A stretch of 63,262 bases of DNA, counting the filler, from Streblomastix strix (lineage: Eukaryota): the NCBI GenBank assembly GCA_008636045.1. It is 3 parts of 3 records of this genome, joined end to end, with 100 filler letters (N's around TTAATTAATTAA, not from the genome) between each part and the next. Parts side by side here need not be neighbours in the genome. Positions count along the whole stretch, not along the records: positions 1 to 21,075 come from SNRW01000399.1; positions 21,176 to 42,185 come from SNRW01000401.1; 1 more part is not named here. One strand, given 5' to 3'. Made by a program: the position numbers and the translations under genes. Positions 13,780-25,808 of the stretch are shown piece after piece. The notes below the pieces were generated by a model. That model was not told where the DNA came from. It did not search any database and saw only the letters and a program-made list of their open reading frames with translations. How positions within the stretch are numbered: position 1 is the stretch's first letter; every line of letters begins with the position of its first letter.

Positions 13780-14548
13780 TATCATGAAGTAAGACGCACA
13801 AATAGATTAGCATATGCTGAGAAACAATAAGCTTTTTAGTATTGTTTCAGCGTAAATCAACCGCAGAATGATTATTAAGAATTCATCATATCTATCGAAA
13901 GATTGTAGAAATTGTGTATTAATGCAGAAATGTAGTACTACCCCCGGCCCGCATCAAAGCTCTCTTAAATTCGAGAACAGCAGCATTAAAATTTTTTTAA
14001 AACGAACCCAAGATCATAATGAAGGGTGTACAGCAATAAATATGCCTCTTAAAGCCAAAACCTTACTAATAAATTTATTCAGATGTGCAAATTCACGAAT
14101 TACATATCCCGAATGTACATTTATAACCTTTTATTCCGTTTAATACATGAATGAGTTAAAAATTTATTAACAATTTCTAATACTACTTTCAGTAGAACTA
14201 TTTAAACATCAATTTTCAACAACCTATTCAGTAATTCGGATTTCAATATTAGCAAATATATCCTCAGCCACAACTATGAATCGTCACTACACATTAGGCT
14301 CGCATTGATTATCACAATCAGTTATCAATTCGGTAAGATGATGATTCAAATGGTAGTGAGAACAATTCTGAGAATGATAAGGTAAACCATGAACCAAGAA
14401 TCAACTCTGAAGTACAACTTGAGTAATATGATGGTAATAGAGGAACAATCAGACTATCTTTCCGAACTGAATAAGAGTAGAGGCATCTCATTGATTCCGA
14501 ATGGTGCTCTCTCAGCTTGGATATCAGATGCAGATATTACGCCTTTTG
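13780..14548 (+). pseudogene. Coding-like relic of unknown family (possibly TE-derived)
   Basis: GC-richer than flanks. One frame reads RKIVEIVYQCRNVVLPPARIKALLNSR...RHLIDSEWCSLSLDIRCRYYAF with two internal TGA; no recognised motif. Confidence 0.3.
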
Positions 14549-17500
14549 ACTCTTTTCTTGAAATTTATTTATTTTTTAATTTTTTTTATATAAGATTTTC
14601 TAAATTTTGAGTTTTATACTTAAGATTTAATTTAGTGGCTAAAATTTTCTTAAATTCAAAGAAATACTCTAGAAGATTCAATAAATGCATCTAAAATTTG
14701 TTAAGTTTCTCGTGCAGTTTATTGTGATAAATATATCATCTCAAAATTTTTATATAATTATGCTATATTTTTATTTTTTTTTTGCATTTCATATTTTAAT
14801 TTTCGTCATATATATCGGATTTTGCAAGTTCATCCTGTTTACTATGTATTTCTTTATATTTGAAATAAGTACATAAACTCATTTGTTCTGCAGATAATTC
14901 ATTTTTTTACATTCAATAACAAAATCATCAAATTAAATAAGTTCGGAAACGATAAAAGTAAATTGATTACAAAATGATGAAATTAAATTATTTGATTCAT
15001 CAATATTCTAGAACGATGTGTTTAGACTAATAATATAGTTTTGAATTACAGTCGATTAATCATAGCTCTAACAAGTTAAACCAATAAAGTAAATATCTTA
15101 TATTAATCCTTTGATAATTTTCAATAAAGATGAAATAAATAATACACTTTATACAACACAATCCAATAATACATTAATACGATAATTGCATGCAATAATA
15201 GTGAAAATGTAATTTATTTTGAAAAAATAATTAAAATCTTTATGGTAGATTAAACTGAAATATAACTGTGACTTCAATTTTTTTCAGAATTCTTAATAAT
15301 TACTTTAACTTTAAAAAAATGATTTAAATATTAATTCAGAGTTATGGATATATATATGCTTAATTTGAAAAAAGTCAGAATTTGCCTTAAATTTAAATAT
15401 TACTTTTAAGAATTTATTAACTGATTTTTTTTATTATAATTTAAATTGTTTTGCAAAAATATATTTTTAAAAAATTAATTTTTTAACGTTCAAATTTTTA
15501 AAATTTTGAAATATTTATTTATATTTTTATTTAAAATTAAATTTTTAAAATAAAAATTTCGAAATATGTTTAAATTTTTAAAAAAAATTAATACAATTTT
15601 AATTCAATTTCTATCTTATAACAAGCAATTCTATTATTTTGTCTTATATTTTTTGTAAGAACACATGCAATACTTGTATTTGTGACAAATTTGATACATA
15701 TAACATATATTTATAATCAAAGACTCGTCTTCTTAAGAATAAGAGCTGTTATTTTTCATAAAGGTAATTTTATTTATTTTGAAAAATATTTCTTTATAAA
15801 ATAACATCTTCAAGTTCTCGTAAGCTAATTATCTGTAAATTAGACTAATCCGATGAAAATATGTTTCTCTCGATTCGGATCTGGTTTAAATTGCATGACT
15901 TCAACTGATGCTGATTGTGAAAGATTCTTCCCATATGCTAAAAGATTTTTAGGATCTTAATATTAACTCTCATCTCATCAAACCATATTCGGACGATTTG
16001 CCTGATTTAAATTAATTCATTAGATTTGAATTTAGTTTTTAATTTAGTTATTAAATATTAATAATTACCGTTTAACAAAATAAAGCAGAAGCATTAATAA
16101 TTGGACAATCCTACTATTTGTTTAATTAATTAATTATTGTTTCATTCTCAAATCTCGTTCGTTTCTTTCATCACATTATGAAATATTAAAAACATCTCTA
16201 ATTATGAATAAGGGGATTGACCTTTGCTAAACTGCTCAGCGAGAATCAAACATAGCTGCAATTCTTAACTATTGGGAATAAATGCATTAAACAGATAAAG
16301 ACACTTTTATTTATTTTATATCTCCACGAACATGCATACCATCAGTAAGCTTTTTTCTATGATCTTTATTAATATCAATAAAGAAAAGTAAAATAAATTT
16401 TAATATTCTACTTTCATTTATTCTAAAATATTTCTTTATTTCATTCATTTAATAATAATATGAGGTAATATTAAACCTCCAAATAATTAACATTCAATAA
16501 TTCTCTTAATATTTTTCTTTTCATATAGTTCAGATTCAATTGAATTGCAATCTATTAATATTTTTGATGATTTTGAATTAAACATTAGTAAAAACGCAAT
16601 AAAAATAAAAAGATACATTAAAATGCATATTAAAATAATTCATTTTAATACATCATATTCATACCCCTTCATATAAAGTCATTTCACCCTGTACTATTCC
16701 TACTGAAGAATGTAGCGCAACTTATAAAAAATTTTCTATAATGTTAATATACAATAAATAATTTAATAAATATTGTTTTAATAAAGGGAGTTTTTTACTG
16801 ATAAATCTTCCGCTTTTGAACCTCCGTCCTATAAAAACAATGTATATATCATTATTTATAATTTTCATATTTGGCGAAATTTGTATACCTTGGAGCTGGA
16901 TTTTACGCATTTTAATATTAAAACGGCGTTTGAAAAAGGCAAGCAAAGCTCAATGTTTCTAGACTCTAACCCGTCTTTAGAAAAGGCACGCAAAGCTCAT
17001 TCTACCTAGATATTTATCATAATTATTAAAGAAATACATTTGATAAGTAAAATTAAACTAAAATAAGCAAATACTACTTAAAAACCGGTAAGTAAAAATA
17101 TATACCTAAAAATATCAAAATTTATCTTACCAGAGTGTTATAAATAACATTATGGCAATGTACTTATATCACATCGTTCAATTGCTCCACCTCTTTATTA
17201 CGAGACTGCCATACTCGGCCGTAGGGACTGGATTCTCCCACGAGCTGTCCATCGCTATGGGTCGGCCATCTAAAAACAAAGAAAGCAGGAAAGGACGCAA
17301 CTCATGACCATTTCAAAAATGCACGTTAGTTCATTGGACTAGGTACGCTACAAACGCATACATAAGGCACCATCTCGAGCCACGCAATCAACGTGCCTGT
17401 CGTGCAACTGGATTTAAACGTTTTTCAATCCGATCGACAGTTAGCACACACTGCAGCCACTAACACACATATACGACGAACTACACCGCCTCCACTCATT

Positions 17501-18447
17501 TAAGGATAGCTAGTGCAAATACTGAAAGGCATCACCAGAACGTCGGTGCAGGAAACTTACTTTTACGCAACAAATTATACAGTCCATATCTTCTGGGCTA
17601 AGCATTTTCAACTAAGACGATAGTAATATACAATGATATACAAGTCAAGAGCTATCCAATAACATACAAAAAAATAGGCTAAACTAACTACCGGCTAATT
17701 ATGATCTCGCCGGAATTTCGACATTAGGACTCATATTTCTGCCTGATGTATTCTACCACACATTATTAAAATCACTTTAATTTAATAAATATAATTTTTA
17801 TTAGATTTTAATATTCAATTATACATTTTTAATTATTGTTCATTGACAAATTTGACTTACAAGAAAAAAATCGCACACCGATCAATACAAATTAGTAAAA
17901 CTATTTATTAATTCCTTTTTGCATTTATTGATGCAGTTAACAACCAATATAAGTGAATACTAACAAATTATTTGCACTTTTATAAATCGAGCTGTTTTTT
18001 CTAATTTTCTGTTCGAACTTCGCTCTTGGTAGTATTATAATTAAACCGTAAATATTTTCTTTCATTCGCCTCAAATTAAATTAATCTTCCAGAAAATTGA
18101 ATACTTTTAAACAATTAGATAAGCCATAAAACTTCTTTTTTTTTCTAACAATTCCGACATTAATGATTATTTTCCTACCCTAAATTACCTAAATTCAGGG
18201 GACTTATCACTTATTTTCTGAATCATTTTGACAGTTTCTATCTAATTGAATATTTCAAAATTTTTACTCATTAACTTTTAACCAACCTTTTCAATAACTT
18301 CCATTCATATAAATATTGATTAATTCATGCATTTTTATTTATTTTATATCTCAGAACAACTGATTTCAAGCTGAAGAAGAGCTATAGTATTAAATTAACT
18401 TTGGCTAGTGTCCACATTTTGACAAATTTATTTTTATTTTTACAGGC

Positions 18448-19730
18448 CGTGTTGTTCGTGCTCTTGATCATGACTCATTTGGAGCTGCATTTTTAATAAC
18501 TGAGATAGCTTCAGGTAAACAACTGGTTTGGGAAAGGATGACAATTGTTAGTAAAGATTACAGAAAAATGGCATTATCTGAAACAGAAATACTTAAAAAT
18601 AGTAAAAGCGAATTCTTAGTTGAATATTACGGATCATTTGAAGACTTAGAAAATTAGGAGCAGTTATTAGTGAAGATGTTTTATTTAATTTTTAATATAA
18701 ATTATATAATTTTTATATAAAAATTTTATATATAATTTTATTTGCTTATTTTATTTATTATATTGAAATTATTAGATACTTTTGAATATATTTGCGTAAC
18801 TTACAGAAGCTATAAATAGTTTCCATTCAATGAACATAATTCACGTTGATTTAAGAATCTTCAGTTTCATTATTTCTAAATATATGACTAAAACAACAGG
18901 AAATACAGAATTTCGAATCTTTCTTAATATCGATTCTATTAAACACTATAAAGATCTTATTAATTCCATCGCATTCTTTCATTGATTAATAATGTGGAAG
19001 TTATAATTATGATGTTGTATTTGATCCAGCAATGAGGATATTTGAGATGGAGAGAATATCTTCATTAACAATATCAATATTTTGATGATTAAGTAATTTG
19101 AGTAAAGAAGAATAAGGTTATTAATTGAAAAGAATAAATTTAATTTCATCATTTGGTGATATTTGTCTTCTTCTTTTCAATAAATAATTATATCCTTCTT
19201 TAATAAAATTGTTAACTCATGAAAACATTGAATTTGTTAATTATACAATTCTCTCAATTCATAATATCCTCTTTGGTGGATCAAATTCAATATCATTATA
19301 TTCTTAACATCATCATTATTAAATTATTCCAGAATGCGATTGTATTAGTAAGATCTGTATAATGTATAAAAGAGATAATATTAATCAATATTCAAAATTG
19401 GTTGCAGCTCAATTTATTATGCATATATTTAGAAATTATGGAATTGAAGATTCTTAAATGATAAAAGAAATAATATTAATATTAATATTAATAATAACTG
19501 ATCCCGAGAATAATGAAAATGATAAAGATGATACTAAACTTGCATTCGAAATACTTGAATTAAATTAAGGTTTATAATTAGTTAATTTATTAATTTTATA
19601 AATATATTAATTATTTTATAAATTGTAAAATTTATTTAATTTATTTTATATTTTAATATTTTTAATATTATATTTAGCAAACGGAACTTAAACGATTAAA
19701 TAAATTTAAGATTCTTGATGATTGATTATG
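18448..19730 (+). pseudogene. Degenerate NEK-like kinase plus ARM-like repeat gene (expanded oxymonad-type family)
   Basis: RVVRALDHDSFGAAFL (Gly loop GxG mutated to DxD), LVWERM (catalytic K to E), ETEILK, IIHVDL, with internal deletions. Downstream ARM-like unit: LTHENIEFVNYTILSIHNILFGGS...ECDCISKI...YSKLVAAQFIMHIFR. Contains TGA and frameshifts. Confidence 0.7.
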
Positions 19731-20074
19731 AAAATTAATATATTTTTTTTCAAATTCTTAAATTTTTAAATATTTTAATATTTTTATTATTATATAATTT
19801 TGTATTATTAAGTTTATACTTTATTAATAATATTTTAGTAAATTTTCACATATTTAAATTTTCATTTTATTTATCTTTATAACGTTCATTTATTCAATTT
19901 TAACATTTTAATTATCAATTATTCTTAACAAACATTCTTTCATCTTATACATATAAACATCACAATTCGGATCATATAATTCATCTTCTCAATTGAATTC
20001 TCCTTCTCAAATCGCAAATAATCCAACATCTTATACTCATTGCCAATCGCCAAATCTCATCAAATAAATCTATA

Positions 20075-20077
<3 letters not shown>

Positions 20078-20110
<33 letters not shown>

Positions 20111-20181
20111 GATAATAATAATAGATAATAATAATAGATAATAATAATAGATAATAATAATAGATAATAATAATAGATAAT
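20078..20181 (+). repeat. (TAA)n / TAATAATAATAGA microsatellite (poly-Gln-like in this code)
   Basis: Direct observation of tandem TAA triplets with periodic TAGA interruptions. Confidence 0.9.
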
Positions 20182-20246
20182 ATAGAATAAAATATTCACT
20201 TCAAATTCAATTAATAATAATAATTAAACTTTAATTTCAATAACTT

Positions 20247-21075
20247 TTGATGAACTTGATCAAATCCATCGTATCCATGCTGTATTAATGAGATTATCAA
20301 ATGAACTTATCTCCAATTTCAAACAATTAGCTCATATGGACTTCAATTTCCCAAGTAACTGAAGGAGCTTAGTTAAAAAGACTTTTGAAGAATGCATTAA
20401 CTGAACAAACAGACTTACTGACACATATGCCATGATATGATCCAGATGATAGTTTCAATGCTCATCAATGCCTGAATCATCCATATTTCTGTGAATTGAG
20501 AGAAGCTGACCGTAGATCAATAACAGATCTTATCTGAATCATCTGAAACAAATCCTCAGACTCTAATATCTATATCAGTGAATTCAATTCAATCTTTCTA
20601 ATCAACATAATCTCATTGATTGAATGTTAGCTTGAATGAATCTGAAAGTACAATTTCACGTTCTGAAAGTCTAGAGAATATTCAACAGCCACAAGCAAAC
20701 ATTATTACTCTTCCTAGAACCATAATTTGCCAATCTTTTAAATAGAAACAAGATTAATCACATACTGATATCCATTCACTTCCTCCATTATCCAATGCAG
20801 TATCAGCTGAAAACTATTCCAAACAATAAAATGATTCATTGAATACCAACTTTATGTGATTCAAACAGATCACCAAAATTCACAACTTCCTTCACTGAAT
20901 GATACTCGTTCCTCATTCTCTGGTAATCAATCTGATTAAATTAATGAATAACAATCTTTTAAGAATCTAGCGAAGCAGAAACATAAAAATCTATTACTTC
21001 AATAAATACAAACTCCAATATCAAAATCAAATTCATTTATAACTTCCTTAACTTTGAACATAGTCATCTGTATCA
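20247..21075 (+). pseudogene. MOK/MAK-like CMGC kinase C-lobe fragment with S/Q-rich tail, degenerate, runs to contig end
   Basis: DELDQIHRIHAVL...FKQLAHMDFNFP...DLLTHMP*YDPDDSFNAHQCLNHPYFCELREADRR resembles MOK subdomains X-XI; contains TGA and frameshifts. Confidence 0.65.
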
Positions 21076-21175
21076 NNNNNNNNNNNNNNNNNNNNNNNNN
21101 NNNNNNNNNNNNNNNNNNNTTAATTAATTAANNNNNNNNNNNNNNNNNNNNNNNNNNNNNNNNNNNNNNNNNNNN
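21076..21175. other. Artificial contig-joining spacer (44 N + TTAATTAATTAA + 44 N)
   Basis: Exactly 100 nt with a six-frame-stop 12-mer in the middle; identical structure at 42186-42285. Confidence 0.97.
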
Positions 21176-21997
21176 TCAACTTAGTTCAGATGAATTATTC
21201 CATCTGGTCTCAACATTGTCCATTTCCCTCCAGCAGGAATGCGAATTATATCAGCTGTAACAGGAAGAGCAAATTTATCAAGATCTCTTTCATCAAATTA
21301 GAGAAGTTTCTTAATTGTTTCACTTCTGAGCTCTCCAGGTTTAGTTTAACTAGTCATTTATTTCACTCCTGGTGTTTATGATCTCTTCTTTTGCATTTCC
21401 CTTTTCTGTTTCTACATCGCAATAATCTCACTTATATCAATTCTTACATCAAATCCTCCATTCTCATTCCCCCTTACTCTGATTTCTGAGGTACTTCTCC
21501 CATTTTGACTGTTTGACTTCATCTCATTTATGTCCTTCTTTCTCCCTTTTCCTTTTTTGATTGCATTCTCTTCAGCAAGAATTTGTTATGACCTGTCATT
21601 GGCTTATTAAAATGGGCTTTAAACCTTCTTCCTGTCGTTTTGGGCTAGATGAAGCGCTGACGAGCTTGCTCTCATTTGATTGGATTGTTGTGCAACCCAA
21701 AGTGCTGGATTTTCAATTATGGATGCTGATCCCTTTGTAAAATAGTAGCAATAAAGAAATTTTTAGTACAAAATTATAAAATCTGAATACCTAAAGTCTA
21801 TTTGGATCAGCCAAAATATCCCTCAAAGCCATTTTATATAACGGATTTAGGTTATCATTTCCTAGTAGGAACGAAAATCGTTCACGATTTGCTAAATATA
21901 GCTTTTCCTCAATGTATTTATCGCTCCCCCACTTTTATGTTACGTATTTTGCTGTTTCGAGAATTAGATTTTTTGTTTCGTCTGAGAGAGTTTCCAT
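21176..21997 (-). CDS. SURP (SWAP) domain protein, 3'-truncated at contig edge
   Basis: ATG 21997: METLSDETKNLILETAKYVTQKWGSDKYIEEKLYLANRERFSFLLGNDNLNPLYKMAL fits the SURP pattern (I..TA.fV......fe........F.FL.....h.yY). One GT-AG intron at about 21733-21790; the frame stays open to the gap. Confidence 0.7.
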
Positions 21998-22492
21998 CGC
22001 TAATCTGTCTATAATAAAGAAAAATAATTAATTATTGAAATATTATTCCAAAACAGCCAGAATTTTTGATTTTAAATTCATTTTGTAAATTTTGCTAAAG
22101 AAATGTGTTAAATATAACAAAATATTATTTCAAGGTATGATATGTAAATTTTAATATAAAAAATAGAATAGAATTCAAAATAGAAACAGCAAATAGCCGA
22201 GAAAATTTCAAAACATTATTTTTTGAATTCTAATATTATATATTTGTATGGTATCTTCGAATTTGTATTCATTATAATATTTTATATCAATTACATTATA
22301 TGAACCAAGAAAACTGAAGAAAACTGTTAAAATTTGTAATTTTTTTATAACGCTAAATAAAGAATGTTTTAATATACTTTATTATATAATTTTGATACGA
22401 CATATTTATTTAAATATATTTAAAATATATTTATATATTACTTCATTTGTCTTGCTGCAAAAACAGTCCAAATATTTTAAATTCAAAAAATC

Positions 22493-25263
22493 ATGTTTTT
22501 AGAACTAACCAAATTATAAATCTTGTTATAAATGACTAAATATTAATAATTAATATCATAAAACATTTTTCATATAATTATTTTGATATTTTATTTGCAT
22601 CTATAGTCATCAGCGATACGAAATGAAAAGAAATTACATTGATACCCCTATCCGAAATACTTGCTCTGTAAAAAGACATGAAGGAATCGTAACATCAATT
22701 AAATTTTCTTCTGATGGAAGCTTTTTGGCAAGTTCAGGGAATGATGCTTCTCTTTGTATATATGATGGACGAACAGCTCAATTCATGTTTGAGCTCTAAG
22801 ATATTCCTGACGCGCACAAGCAGGCTATTTCTGATTTTTCCATTTCATCTGATGGCAGGTATATATTTATTATTCATTATTGCCTAAACTTAGAATTATT
22901 TAAATGCCTTTTCTATATTTACTATTCAATTTCAAGATACATTTGCACAGCATCAGAAGATAGAACATCTAAATTATACGATCTATGTGAAGGTTCAGTA
23001 ATCAGAACACTTCGTGGGAACAGGAATGGTCTATAGGGACATGCAAGTGGACTTATGAGTTGTGATCTTAGTGCTTCTGGAGGCCTCTGCTTAACAGGTG
23101 GTGCAGATTCCTGTGTTTGTATGTGGGATGTTCTTAGAGAGATTTGTTTGGCTAAAATACATTCAAGTGAATTACCTGTTACTGCTGTTGAATTTGGAGG
23201 ATCTGGATGCTCTGGAAAGACAAGTGAAAACTTCCTTACTGCTGGATTTGATGGATTTTGGTGTGCATACATTATTATATTATATTTCATTACATCTTCA
23301 TATATCATTTACATTCATCTTCATATATCATTTACATTCATCTTCATATATCATTTACATTCATCATCAGTCGTGTTTGGGATTCGAATACCTTGTAATG
23401 CACACATACACTTCTTGAACCCACTTCTCCATCTCCAATTGGTGGCTGTATATTCTCTCCTGATTCCAGAACTATTCTCACTGCAAATCTGGATGGTTCA
23501 TTAAGACTGTGGGACCCTTTTGGAAGTATTCAATATTATATTATATTTATTATTATTATTATTATTTATTATTATTTTGAAGGTGGTCGTTGCATTAAGA
23601 TGTTCTTTGGTCATTCAAACAGAAATTATTGTCTTCGTCCTGCTTTTATGCCTGCAAGTTGTTCAGATGCAAATTAGAAAGACTTGGACCATTGGATGAA
23701 AATTGGTGAAAACAACAACAACAATAATAATAATAGTTATGATATGGTTAATAAAGAAAATCCAATTGAATATAATAGATATAATGAATTATCTGAACCT
23801 CTTACTTGTATGAATACTTTTGTTGCTTGTGGGAGTGAGGATGGAAGTATTTGTTTATGGGACTTACGATCATAAATGTTAACAACAAGACTCAATGCAC
23901 ACAAAGGTTGAATAATAATTATTTATTATAATTTTAATTTCATTTTTTCATATTTATTATTGAAGCTCCTGTAAATTCATTAGCAATGCATCCCCATCGA
24001 AGAATTCTTGCTTCTTCTTCTTATGATGGTTGTGTGAAGTTATGGGAACACAGTGATAGATGCCTTTGTATGATAAATGAAACAACAACTGAGACTTAAT
24101 CTGAATAATAGAGATAAACAACATATGATCACTCAATAGATAATACTCTAAACATTTCTCAGTAAGATGTAATATAATCTTCTTCTTTGAAAAGTGAACC
24201 TAATAATTGTAAATGTGTTCTTATGCATGTGCCTCTTTCAGTTACGGGTACTTTTATTGACAATTTCACATTTCGCAGACAAAGATCTCGAGTAAATGAA
24301 GATGAATGGATTCTTGCAAAACGATTAAGGAAAGCTTAAAATGAGATTCATGCCTAAAATCTTTCGGATATTCGATTTAATTAGAAACATGATGAATCAT
24401 TAATTGAGAGATCCGAATCTGATATAATTGAATAGCAATAATTTTAGAATTCTGAATAATATTAAGAACTAAAATAATAACAGGAATAATTACAAAAAGA
24501 AAAAGAGCATTTCACACTTCGCGAACATCTTCGTGCAGTCGAAAAGAAACGTAATTTAATTCTTCAACATAAATGGATAAGGGACCAAAGAATCCAAGAA
24601 TAGAATGTTTATAAATTGAAGACTGCAAAAGTTAAAGTTTAATTACCACGAATTACTAAGCCAAAACCAAGAGCTACTAAAGTAGCATAATAATAAAGAG
24701 CTAAACACAGATAGCAATCAAATATAAATACTGGATTTACTCCATAACCTACTTCATAAGGTGATAATATTGCTAGATTAGGAAAAGGTAAAACATAGCA
24801 GAATTATTTTACTCCACAGAATAACATTCAATCAACAAATTTAGCATATACAAACCAAGGTATCTAATTATAGAATGCATAAAAAGTAATTGGAACTGGA
24901 GGATTGAGTTCCTAAGTTGGAATATCATCTTTATCTTTGAATCTGAAAAATAAGAAGAAGAAAACCCCTAAAAAGAGTGTAGGTCGAAAAGCATAAGGGA
25001 GAAAACGTATCGATACAAATGCACTTACCCCTTATAATGTGGATTAGTTTCAGCTTTATCCTGGAGAATAGGAAATGTTTAATTCATATGGAGATATCTA
25101 AAATCCTACAAATGAAGATGATAATGAAAGTAAGAAGTTAATAAAGGATGAAATAATTGATAATGATTATTTAGATGATTTATTTTCATAGGAAGAAGAT
25201 GATCCGCCTGTTGCTAGTCCGCTTGTTTAAGAAACAACTCCGCCAATTATAAGTGTTGAATGA
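22493..25263 (+). CDS. WDR5: WDR5/Swd3-like WD40 protein (COMPASS-type) with about 400-aa C-terminal extension
   Basis: HEGIVTSIKFSSDGSFLASSGND; HKQAISDFSISSDGRYICTASED; GFDGFCRVWD; FSPDSRTILTANLDGSLRLWD; GRCIKMFFGHSNRNYCL; CGSEDGSICLWDL; MHPHRRILASSSYDGCVKLW. GT-AG introns; TGA 25261-25263. Start uncertain (ATG 22493 via an intron, or ATG 22623). Confidence 0.8.
23293..23366 (+). repeat. Intronic 23-nt tandem repeat (CATCTTCATATATCATTTACATT x3+)
   Basis: Three exact copies ending just before the CAG acceptor at 23368-23370. Confidence 0.9.
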
Positions 25264-25808
25264 CTTTTACATAATATTTCCAACTTCATCATTTCAACTA
25301 CAAATCAGATATATTTATATGTGTTTCTTTTACTCTAATTTAATATAAAATTCTAATTCTTTTTATTTTAGTTATTCATTTGCTTCAACAGTATTCTATC
25401 CCATATAAGATATATTTATACAAATTATCCTAACTTTTCCAATAAAATTTTAACAAGTTATGAACAGTATAAATTAGAAAAATGAATCTATTTGTTTGGT
25501 TGGCGATTTCTCTATAAATAAAAGCTCAAACTGTTCGAATACAATTATTTTACACATAAATAATAATAATAAACGAAATATAATAATTTAGTTGCAATTA
25601 ATTTATTATTTGCAGAGTTTGATGATTTAAACTTTAAACATGATTTTTTTTTATCTAAACGTACTCATATTTTAATTTTAATAGTCAATTTTTATTATTA
25701 AATTATACAATTTTATTGTTATTAATATAAGCAATCGCAAACATCTAATAATTATTTTGTTTTTTTACTTTTTTCATTTTCATTTTTTCTTTTTAGTAAA
25801 AAGACAAA

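Noticed and set aside
15700..16720. Possible spliced gene on the minus strand
   Set aside because: Only short coding-like patches with TGA and frameshifts and no recognisable family; too weak to call.
21120..21131. TTAATTAATTAA palindrome as a biological site (also at 42230-42241)
   Set aside because: Centred in identical 100-nt N spacers; an artificial six-frame-stop linker.
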